Shown one piece after another: positions 1 to 12,300 of a DNA stretch of 64,000 bases. Origin of the DNA: Octopus bimaculoides (Eukaryota); assembly GCF_001194135.2 (NCBI RefSeq), contig NC_068982.1, positions 55,408,851 through 55,472,850 on the forward strand, read 5' to 3'. Below the pieces are notes generated by a model, which made no database searches, was not told the origin of the DNA, and was given only the letters and a program-made list of their open reading frames with translations. Every line of letters starts with the position of its first letter. The first letter of the stretch is position 1. Position numbers and translations under genes: made by a program.

Positions 1-33
<33 letters not shown>

Positions 34-129
34 ATGCTGTGAAGTAAAACTCCTATTTTTGTGTATTTTCATATCAAAACACTATTCTGGTGCAGGTCAA
101 TAGAAGTAAAAAAAATATTGAAACCATAC

Positions 130-394
130 CTGTTACAATATCCATACTGTAAACTCTGGCTTTACGATTTTCAGCATCTTCGCTACCTGAGTTGATATCA
201 TCAAAGTCTTTCCCATTTGGATGATCAACATGAAGATTAGATTTGGGAGACATGTTTCTGAGAGGATTACTATAACCGTTCTCATTCTTTTCATCTTTGT
301 CATTTATCATTGTCGCAGAAGCTGAAGTTGTTTCATCATCTATTTCCATTCGAGGCTCTTTACTATGTCGAGTCCACCAAGTTAAACGTACCAA
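130..394 (-). CDS. SLC5A: SLC5A exon (exon 14 equivalent), 265 bp: [19 protein letters not shown]...RVYSMDIVT(G); hydrophilic C-terminal loop
   Basis: ttctacag acceptor; L.RL.W..R.S.E.R motif. The donor gtatgg at 129 gives phase 1, as in human exon 14, but the donor choice is less certain. Confidence 0.85.
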
Positions 395-3300
395 CTGTAG
401 AAAATATTTTTTAAATGATTATAGTGGCTTTTAATTTTCTGTATAAAAGAACTTACAACACAGAAAAAAAACAAATATATATATATATATACAATAACTA
501 ACTTTTGAATCAATTAACAGAGATTTCATCTACAGAATTATCATCATTATTTTAACATCCACTTTTCCATGTTCCTGGTTTAAACAGAATATGTGGAGGC
601 ATATTTTCTATGGCCAGATACCCTACTTGCCCCCAACCCTCACCTGTTTCCAGACATGTTTCCACAGAAGATCAGAAATGGAGGACACCACTTGCATGAT
701 GGTTTATGACTATCATGCAATGTGAAGGCAAGGAGACAGTAACACACACACAAACACACGACAGGTTTGTTTCAGTTTCTGTTCAACCAAATCCACTCAT
801 AAGGCTTTGGTCAACCCAGAGCTATAATAGAAGGCACTCGTTCGTCCAAGTTACCAGAAATATCTGATAATATTTATTACTTGAAAATAATGTTTGAAAC
901 AAAAAACAATATTGCTAATCACAAACTAAAATTATCTTATGCTATCATTAAGAGATGCCTATTACTATCAATCCTTAAATACATAATTGGAATTGACTTC
1001 TTTAATATTATTGTTGTTTTGTTTGGCTCCAAGTCAGTTTCATATATATAAAACCTATATATATATTCAAAATCATCCCAGCCATGGTCACCATGTCACT
1101 GTGGAAGTATCTGCGACCATGTTATTTCTCCATTATCTGTATGGATTGAGGCCAGTCTAATATAGACCACCTCTTCCCAGAAGTAAAAAGTGTTTGCATA
1201 GGGCCAAAACCCATACCTAAAAAAAATGCAGAGTTATAGAAGCATCAAAGATAATTCAAATCTAAGAAACCTTGGAAGAGGACATCCCTGAGTTGAGAAA
1301 TGTTGTCAATGTCAATAGGAAGTGAAGGGCTTAAGCCTTACTCCTTGTCCCAGCAAGAGAGCAACTCACTTGCCAAGATACCCTTCATCTATACAAAAAT
1401 AGCTATATAGATATGAATAGATACAAATGTATTAGTATGTTCCACAATGAATAACTATTATAATAGCAAGTCCCATAATGAACATATATTGTAATGATAT
1501 GCTCTACAACATATTTGATCATTAAAGATCAACTGAATACATTGTCTTCACTAAATGACTCAATGATTGATATTAAAGACAATGTTACCAAGAATACAGT
1601 GTCACACTGATGGTGAGGAACAACTGCTCATTTGACCAAATAAGTTAGCACCCTTTCAATTCAAACTCTTGTAACACTCAAGCCATTTAATCCTTTTGAT
1701 ACCAACCCACCTGAGGTCGCCCTTTCTGACTGTAAAGTGATCTAAATTCCATACAACATCTTATTAATGTTATTTTACTAAATTTCACATTATTTTGAAA
1801 ATTAACTAAAATAAAGGTAGTGAAGTTCAACAGAAATATAGTAATAAAAGAATTAAGGTATATCCCAGTTCTTTGGAATTAAAGATAACATCAACTCCAG
1901 TGTACTTATTTTATTGACCCCAAAAGGATGAAAGTTAAAGTCAACCTTGGCAGCATTTAAACTCAGAATGTAAAGACAGACGAAATACCATTTTACCTGG
2001 TGTGCTAAGGATTCTGCCAGCTCATCGCCTTGATGAAAATAAAATGATAATATATGAACTTACACAACGAGGATCAATTGGTTCTGTCAGAAGACTGATG
2101 ACAACAGCAGAAAACAAAGTAAATCCAAACAGAAAAATGGAAAAATACAAGAAGTGAAAGTTTTTCACAACATCTGGTCTTGGATCCGGAAGGTTCTTGA
2201 AGCAAGGAGGCACTAGATGGTAATATTCAACAATGAAGCGGATCAGACCAACCAGCATTCCAAAGACTAAAGCAAAGAAGGCACCCTGAAACATAATAAC
2301 ATAAAAAAGCATTTTAATGACACGACAGAAAAGAAATAGAGAGGAAGAGAAAAGATGCATATTCCAGCTGCTGTATGTGTAATATTAACCCATTTGATAC
2401 TAATCCACCTGACACTGCCTCGGGCTCTTTGATTTAAACTTACTGTTTTGAAGTAATATAAACTAAAACCTGCTATCAAAAGTTCATGTTAATCTTATGC
2501 TCCAAATACCAGCTTAACCCTTTCATTACCATATTTCTAACCAAAATACATCCCTTATGTGTTTCAATTAATTTCTAACATAATCATAAATTTAGTCTGG
2601 TTTCATTAAACAACTCTAACTTTTTTATTTATCAACATATTAATGTGATTTTTGGAAGATAATTTAACGAAAGGTTCTCAACCAATTCTATACCAAATTT
2701 TTGTCACAAAGTGATTCTAATTACAGGTAAATTCAACAAAATATAAAATTAATTAAATTTTTGTTCAAACATCGCTATAGAAAATGGGTTATTAGCTAAT
2801 ATTCAATTGGGTATACAACAAAATATTATTATAGAAGAGTTGTACACATTACTGGATTCATTACTGTCTCTTTTGCCAGTATAAAATTCAAATCCAGAGC
2901 AGTACCCAGTATTTGATTCACAAATCTTCCAAACTTTGATCCCCCATTTTGTGGGCTTTCCTGGCATATACTGTTTACACAAATAATCACATGTTTTCAC
3001 GAATGTACTAATGAGATTTGCTCGGATATTCTCATTTAAATATGAATAGGTGATTACGGGCAGTTTTGGGCGGCTTGGTCACATGAACCAAAATTTTTTT
3101 CGGGCGGCTTTGGACGGTTTAGTAACGAAAGGGTTAATAACGACCAAATCTTTTTTACTAAATTCTTTATTATTTCCAAAATTAAATGAAACAATGACAG
3201 TGTATTTCAACAGGAATATGGTAACAAAAGGGTAAGCATTGATTTCAAATTTTGGCACAGGACCAGCAATGTCAGGGAACAGGCTAAGTCAATTGTGTCA

Positions 3301-6300
3301 ACCCCAGTATTTAACTAGTACTTAGTATTTTATTGACCCTGAAAAAATGAAAAGCAAAACTGACTACAGCAGCATTTGAACTCAGAATTAAGAGGAAGTG
3401 CTGCTAAGCATTTTGTTCCAGCAATGGTAATGATTCTGTTAGCTCACCACCTTTAACAAAAGGAGTCATATATAGTAGAGTAATGATAGTTGAAGCTATT
3501 TTATTTTACTTATGTTGGTAGGAGCAGGCATGACTGTATGGTTAAAATGTTTGCTTCACAACCACATGGTCTGAGGTTCAGTTCCACTGTGTGGTGTCTT
3601 GGATGTCTTCTACTATAACCTCAATCCAATTAATGCCTTATATATATATATATACATATATGTCAGAGTAAAAGGCAGACTGTATGACGCATGCGTACGA
3701 ACAACCATGCTACATGGCAGTGAAACATGGGCTGTAACTGCTGAGGACATACGTAAGCTCGCAAGGAATGAAGCCAGTATGCTCCGTTGGATGTGTAATG
3801 TCAATGTGAATACCCGTCAGAGTGTAAGTATCTTGAGAGAAAAGCTGAACATTAGAAGCATCAGTTGTGGCGTGCAAGAGAGACGATTGCGCTGGTATGG
3901 ACATGTGGTGAGAATGGAGGAGGATAGCTGCGTGAAAAAGTGCCACACCCTAACAGTTGAGGGNNNNNNNNNNNNNNNNNNNNNNNNNNNNNNNNNNNNN
4001 NNNNNNNNNNNNNNNNNNNNNNNNNNNNNNNNNNNNNNNNNNNNNNNNNNNNNNNNNNNNNNNNNNNNNNNNNNNNNNNNNNNNNNNNNNNNNNNNNNNN
4101 NNNNNNNNNNNNNNNNNNNNNNNNNNNNNNNNNNNNNNNNNNNNNNNNNNNNNNNNNNNNNNNNNNNNNNNNNNNNNNNNNNNNNNNNNNNNNNNNNNNN
4201 NNNNNNNNNNNNNNNNNNNNNNNNNNNNNNNNNNNNNNNNNNNNNNNNNNNNNNNNNNNNNNNNNNNNNNNNNNNNNNNNNNNNNNNNNNNNNNNNNNNN
4301 NNNNNNNNNNNNNNNNNNNNNNNNNNNNNNNNNNNNNNNNNNNNNNNNNNNNNNNNNNNNNNNNNNNNNNNNNNNNNNNNNNNNNNNNNNNNNNNNNNNN
4401 NNNNNNNNNNNNNNNNNNNNNNNNNNNNNNNNNNNNNNNNNNNNNNNNNNNNNNNNNNNNNNNNNNNNNNNNNNNNNNNNNNNNNNNNNNNNNNNNNNNN
4501 NNNNNNNNNNNNNNNNNNNNNNNNNNNNNNNNNNTAAACGATGATGATGATGATGATGATGATGATATATATATATATATACATATCATCATCATCATCA
4601 TCATCATCGTTTAACGTCCGCTTTCCATGCTAGCATGGGTTGGACGATTTGACTGAGGACTGGTGAAACCGGATGGCAACACCAGGCTCCAATCTAATTT
4701 GGCAGAGTTTCTACAGCTGGATGCCCTTCCTAACGCCAACCACTCATATATATATATGGGTATTGGGGGGATGGATGGACAAATGCACACACACACACAA
4801 AATGAACTTATTTATATTTCCATCTATTAAATTTACTCACAAGACATTGGTCGGCCAAGGATTATAGTAGAAGACACTTACCCAATATACATTTTCACCG
4901 AGTGCAATAGCTATGAGGTAAAAGTGTTAAACTCGTAAATCTTAACACTCATTATCTCTATGGGCTAGCATGCAGTAGATCAACCAGTCTGTCTCTGTTG
5001 GTATTCAAGTTTATGAAAGATATCCCACCTCACGTATGTGTGTGTTTGTGTGATTAAATAAACATGGATACATGTGTGTATTAGGGTTTAGTGCTAATAA
5101 GGTGCTGGATATGACTTTAAAGCACATCTGTTAGTGGGGTCCTGGTTCAGGAATCCCAGGGCTTTGAAAAGTTTAGAACCATCTCTTAGCCACTATTGTT
5201 CTCAGATCTACTTTGACCCAGAGTAGTAGCAACTGTCAAGGTCATGGCTATGGGTTAATTAACATATTGGGGCTTGCTTAACTGTGTATGTGAAGACTGG
5301 ACCCAGCAAACTCTGCAGAAGAAACCTTCATTGTTCAATGGAGTGAAAGGCAGCAGCAGCAATGCATTGTACCGTGCAGGGAGAAAGAAGAAGCGAATAA
5401 GACATCTTGGTCTTCCACTGCATCCATCTCCAGTCATCTTGATCTGGTCATGCCACTGGATCAAAGGTGGTCACAAGAGAGAGAAAGAGACAGAGACAGA
5501 CAAACAGACAGAGAAGACACAGACGGAGAGGTTAAAGGTGCATAACTCTTCTTCAATTAAAGTCACTTCGCAAGTTGTCATCCTTGAGGATGACAAGGCG
5601 TTCCTTGTGGCTCTGACAGATGATCAAGAGTATTTATAATGAAGGAGAAGGTAAGCAAAACAGATATAGTTACCTTCTCATTGAGTCTGCCCCAAAACAG
5701 AGCAAGTAAAAAGACAGCACAAATAGGTGGTTGGGTGAAACTGGATATCACTTGGATGTAGACAAAGAGGTCTCCTCCTTGAGATATTTGGATGATTGGA
5801 ATCCAGAGAACACTGATAATCACCAGAAACAGGATGAATATACTGGAATATAAAACAGATATCAATCAAGTACTATTACATGTATTAAGGAGAAATGTAT
5901 AAAAAGCGTTTGTATCACTTAGTAGTTATAATACATTGTTATCAACATTCAGTGTAGTAGGTGGCTTTGTTTGCAAATGCGTGTAATTGTGTTCAAGCTT
6001 CCAGATGTATTTCCATCACCTTTGCTTCACTCTTAGCAGTTTGATATACCAATCTATCTTTTGTTGAAGAATGTCATGCTTGAAACTATTTTCTGTTGAG
6101 ATATGTCAAGTCAATAGAGGAAACATGACTTGAAGAAACTATCAACCTTATTTTTCAGAAGATATTTAATTTTATTTATAGAATGACCATGAAATTTTAA
6201 TTTCACAGTCAAAGGTTCAAGACCAGATAGCCATAGTGTATGAGAAAAGCAACCAGTTGATAAAAATAGCAGTTCATATGTTTCTGGAATAAAGCTGTGT

Positions 6301-9300
6301 CTATAGAACAAAAAAATATATATTTAGCCTCTCAATAAACCACTATAATAGCCATAAGTTATTACAATAGAGATAAACCACTAAGAATTGGAGAGAAAAA
6401 ATATGTAGTGTGGGGTTTGGGAAGTGAGCGACAAGGATGTTGGATGGAAGAGTAGAAGAGGTGGACTTAAGCCATTAAGTCTTCTACATTTCACCACTAA
6501 ATAATCCTTTCTAAGGCCTGGAATTTTGGAGGAAGTAGGTTAGTTGATTACATTGACCCCAGAGCTCAACTGGAAATTATTTCATTAACCCCAAAGGGAT
6601 AAAAAGCAAAGTCAACGACAGCAAAATCTAAACTCAGAGCATGAAGATGGATGAAATGCTGCCAAGCATTTTGTCTAGCATGCTAATGATTCTTCCAGCT
6701 TGACACCTTAAACACCGTTGTAAATAATACCAACACTGTACAATAGACATGTTTTTGATGGTATGCAATACTGAGTTGCATATACTGAGTTACAATACTA
6801 TGTTGCACTAAGGTATATGTACATGAATATGTATAGCATTATATAAATAACATTATAATCATATTATTCACATAGAGATAGGTTAGATTGCCATTAATGT
6901 TGCAATATTACTCACTTACCTAGGCTAGCACTACTGCTAGACCCACAAACATCCTTTGCAACTAAAAGAAATCCATTTTGCTGACTATCAAAGATGTATT
7001 TAACACCACTACAACTACTAGTTCACATATTTCTTCTTTCCACCTCTTCTACTCTTCCATCCACCATCCCTGTTGCTCACTTCCCAAACCCCACACTACA
7101 TATTTTTTCTCTCCAATTCTTTCTTCCCAGAACTACTGTCCTCAGGAATTTCCTTCAACCATATTTTTTCCAAGAAAAATTAGTCTTTGGAAATTTGAAG
7201 TCAATGTCTATTGCATCCTTCTCCCCAGTCTGCTACCCCTTCTCTGACTAATTATATTTGTAAAAAGCATATGAAGAACAGAATGTGTAAAAACGTATTT
7301 TATTATTACATGAATCTTAATATATATCAATTTGAAAGTAAACTGTTACATCTTAATACCTTTCTTATAACATGAATTTTAAGAAAGACATCAAACAATA
7401 TATTTTTGCATTGTAGTCCCCCCTGCCTCAACACACTTCTACTCACTTCATACCCTGAGGAGATACCTAGACTTTCAGCTCCAACAACTCATACTCACTC
7501 TCTTTTCTAAAGGCAAGTAACTATGTACTTCCTCTACAAAACAGCTTGCTCCTCCCTCCTCTCATACTCTATACCCTAATCTCTTTGCATAAATGCTGTC
7601 CCCACCCTCCACCCACGCCAAGGTTTTTGTAGCCTTGTGAGCAGAATGGCAACCTCACTAGTGCCAGTGGTATGAAAACAGCACTTAGTACAAACAGTAA
7701 AACGGCTGGCATAAGGAAGGGCATCCCGATGTAGAAACCATGCTAAAAGAGACACTGAAACATGATGCAGTCCTTGAGCCCATCGGATCCTGTCAAACCA
7801 CCAGCCCATGCCAGCATGGAACATAAACATTAAATGATAATATTACAGAGTGGGCCCTCTGGAAAAATGCATAGAAATGTCTTACCGTCCAACAATAATC
7901 ATTTCGATATCAGAAACTTTTTTGCGGAAGAACGACCAAATATCCAGCGCAAATATCGTACTTGAACTGTTGAAAATAGAGGTAAGTGATGTGATAAGGG
8001 CTGAAACCATACTGGCCAGCATCAAACCTCGTAAACCTGAAATAAAGATAGAATATTCTCTTAGAAATGAAAATATGTTTTAGAATTTTTTTTTTTTTTT
8101 TTTTTTTAAATAGCTCCTATTAGATAAACAGGCTATGAGGCAAATTATATCTAAACACTTATCAACTCAACATCTATATGAATTACAACATTGATATAAC
8201 TAATCTAACTCTATTTCTCTTCCCTCCTTTTACACATACTTGAGGATGTGAAAGATGGAGTGTATGAGGTATCAATCAGAAAGTCAGTGGCATTGCATTG
8301 TCTTTAGTCTTTTATTTGTTTCAGCCATTTGACTGCGGCCATGCTGGAGCACCGCCTTTAATTATTCTTGGAGTTTCTACCGAGACTCGAACTCGGATCG
8401 CATAACCAAAACACTGAAGTCACAATTGTTCTAGAATAATACAGGGCAGCAATACCAATCAATCCAAATTATGATAGCACTACAAAATTGATTTCAAATT
8501 TTGGCACAAGGCCAGCAATTTCGGGGGAGGGGTAAGTCAATTACATCGACACCCCCCCCCCTACCCATACTCATATGGTAGTTATTTTATTGACCTCTCC
8601 TGAAAGGATGAAAGGCTAAGTCAACCTCAGCAGAATTAGGAATCAGAATGTAAAGATGGATGAAATGCTGCTAAGCATGTAAATGATTCTACCAGCTCAC
8701 CAATTTTTAGCACCACAAAACTGACATACAATAACATTAGCATGCAGGTGGATTTTCTTCTTGTGTGGTTTTTGGAGAGAAGCAGGCTAGTTTTAATTAG
8801 GACTACTAAGACACATAGGTTGAATTTGATGCCAGAATTGCAGATACCAACATAGTAATGTGCCAACTCCAGCATTCAATCCTCAGAAGAAGAGAGATTG
8901 GTAAAAAAAGGTAAATTCATTATCTTTCATTCAGTTTTTCATGCCAATCCTTATCTATGGTTGTGAAAGTTGAGTAAAGACCAAAAGAATTGTGAATACA
9001 AGTGGCCAAAATGGGATTCCTCTGAAGGATCTCTGGTGTAATGTTACTTGATAGGAGGCATAGCTTGGAGATGAGGGAGTCTCCAGGTTGAGCCACTACC
9101 TCTATGCACTGAGAAGTCACAGCTCCGGTACTACAGAGATATGATTAAAATATCATAAGAAAGAATCACAAAATGGATTCTTCAAGCTGAACCAACCAGT
9201 AGAGTACCTATGGGTAGACCAAGAATGAGATGGTTGGATAATATCTATAGTCTGAGTTGGTCATGCTTGGGAGTCATTTGCATCTGAATGGACCCTATAG

Positions 9301-12300
9301 AAGTGGTGCATTGGGACTCTACACCCACGACCCTCTCAGAAATAGTGGGCAGAGAAAATGGATGGATGAAAGCAACAAATATTCTTCAATTTAGTGGAAG
9401 GAAAATGAAAGAAATATAATTTTTTAATTGTTTCCTAAGAGCATTAGTAATGTCAGATAAGTGAAACTGACTTCGACCAAGAATTGAAACCATATCACCA
9501 TCTTGACAAGACTGGAACTTATCTCCAGGAATCCCCACAGCAATTGCTTTAAGTTAGTAGTATACAGTTAAAAACACATAAGTAGATATCAGAAAATGAG
9601 AAGAGGGATATAATAAATGGGAATGAACAATTTAAAAAAATATTTTATATACAATATTTTCTGGTATACAAATCAACATAGTATATTGTGTAAGCATATA
9701 GTGTAAAACATTCAAACATCATCACTATCTTTCCAAATCGTGCTGCATTTCACATGGAATTCTTAGTCCTCCAAAAAGTCAATCTACACTTTTTTAGCTA
9801 TAAATTTTGGTCTAAAAAATTTAATTTATATACCAGAAAATTCAGTAGTTTTAAATATAATTTTTAATATCAAGTATATTTTAATAAATATAATAATATT
9901 TTGTACTAACTCTAGTACTATGTTAATATCTCAATGAATATTTGCTAATTACCGTCTGGTAGCAGGTCCAATATTAGTGAGGTGTATGCAATATTGCTAC
10001 AACCTGTTTCACTACCACAAACACTCATGCAAACCTCTGGATCAGCACAGCCAACAGTATCTATAAAGAGAAAACAAAACACAGTTTATACACAGATGAC
10101 TGTCTATGCATGGAAAGCGGACGTTAAATGACGATGATGCGGTGAATAAACTGTAGTCTAAATTATGTAAAAATGAAAATAACACTGACATCTCAGTTTA
10201 ACAGATATATTTACCAAAATTACATAAAAATATCTTGGAATACTAAAGAGTAAATTTAGTCAATAAAATCATAATTGGCTTCAACCACGGCCTCCAGACA
10301 GCTTTGCAATTTCCTGCAACTCTTCTGGACAGTCTCCTTGTTTAAGTTGGTGAATGCTGCCATAATCCTTACCTTCAGTTCATCTTTGGTGTTACAAGGA
10401 GTTTTGTTGGTCTCTCGCTCAACTATACCCCACACACTGTAGTCTGGGGGTTGCAGTCTGGGGAGTTAGCTGGCCAGATGTTAGGAATGATGTGGTTACA
10501 GAAATTGTCTCACAGTCATGACTGGGTTCTCCAGCTTGTGTAGCATGGTGCAGAGTCCTATTGCAAGACATAGTGTCTTCCAGCAACCACCCTCTTGACT
10601 AGGGCAGCACTACCCCCTCCAGGCACTTGATGTAGACTTTTGTGTTGAGTCTGAGGCCATGTGGCAAGATGAATGGAGGCATAACGTCGACGTCACTAGT
10701 GAACACTCTAAACACCATGATGTTGACTGGATGTTTGATTTTTATTTCTTTCGGTACATGTCCTCAGATTGATACCCAAACACTCTAAAATGTTTATATT
10801 GGAGCTTTCGACGTGAATGCCAAGCAGGACTGCATGTTGTTTCCAAATTTCTGGCAGAATGAATTGTGTCATGGCGCTGTCTTTCCTGCAGAAGGTGCTG
10901 CCCAACTGACACTACTATACTGTGTAGTTGACAAAATCAAAATCAAACAATCCACATGCACAAAATTAAAAGTATAAAATGGCAACAATTTACCCCTCAC
11001 ATGCTCTGTGTGTGTGTATGTGTGCGTGCGTGCATGTGTGCATGCGTGTGTGTAGCATCATCATCATATAATGTCCATTGACCATGCTGGCATGGGTTAG
11101 AAAGTTTGATCAGAGCTGGTAAGCTGAGGGGCTGCACCAAACTCCAGTCTGATTTGATATGGTTTCTACAACTGGATGCCCTTCCTAACACCAACCACTC
11201 TGAGAGTGTAATAGGTGCTTTTATGTACCACAGGCACAGGTGCCAGTTACATGACACCAGCATCAGTCACATTGCCTCCATGAAGCTCAGCACTCAAATG
11301 GTACTTTTTACATGCCACCGGCACAAGTGCCAATTATGTAACACCAGCATTGGCCATGATTACGATTTCACTTGGCTTGACGGGTCTTCTCACACATGGC
11401 ATATCGCCAAAGGTCTTGGTCACTAGTCATTGCCTCCATGAGGCCCAATGTTGGAAGTTCAAGCTTTACCACCTCATCTCATCTCTTCCTGGGCCTACTT
11501 CTATCATAGGTTCCCTCCACAGTTAGAGATTGGCACTTCTTTATACAGCTGCCCTCATCCATCCATGGTACATGACCATACCAGTACAGTCATCTCTCTT
11601 GCACACCACACCTGATGCCTCTTATGCCTAACTCTTCTCTCAAGATGCTTACACTTTGTCGTACATGCACACTGATATTGCATATCCAGTGAAGCATACT
11701 AGCTTCGTTTCTTTCAAGCCTACACATGTCATCAGCAGTCACAGCCCATGTTTCACTGCCATGTAGCATTGCTGTTTGCACAGACATCATACAGTCCGTT
11801 TTTCACTGTGTGGGAGAGGTCCTTTGTTGTCAAAGAATTATACGAGTGAGTGGACAAACGAAAAAAGAGGGCATTCAACACATGTAAGAGGAGTTAAACG
11901 TATTATCTAAAACAGTTTGAAACAGATCCATACAACTTGAAGTTTCACAGGCCACTAACAGGAGTCTGTCCCTTTCAGAATTTGGATTGCCAATATGGTA
12001 ATCTAAAGTCTGAAACAGACGGACTTTTATTAGAGGCCTGCGAAACTTCAAGTTGCATGGACCCTGCCACTCCCATTCCCTGTATCAAACTGTTTTAAAT
12101 AATATACATATATATACATATACACACATACATATATATATAGTGAAAGAGTAGTTCAATCTGAAGATATCTTGGTACAGGCAGTTAGTAAGCATCAATC
12201 ATGTACAGAGCTTGAATAGATGTCAGAAGATGATACTCAATCAACAAAGTTTTTTTTTTGTCAACATATGTTATACACTTTATTCCAAATCAAATTAGAT

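Noticed and set aside
3599-4607. Long ORFs of 195-312 aa in the ORF track (also at 22365, 43075-43476, 55510)
   Set aside because: Their length comes from runs of N; the real content is RTE sequence and microsatellites.
5274-5639. 121 aa plus-strand ORF
   Set aside because: No recognisable domain, non-ATG start, crosses a (GA/CA)-rich repeat.
7850-8083. Plus-strand ORFs overlapping SLC5A exons (also 55968-56162)
   Set aside because: Antisense shadows of real exons with no independent support.
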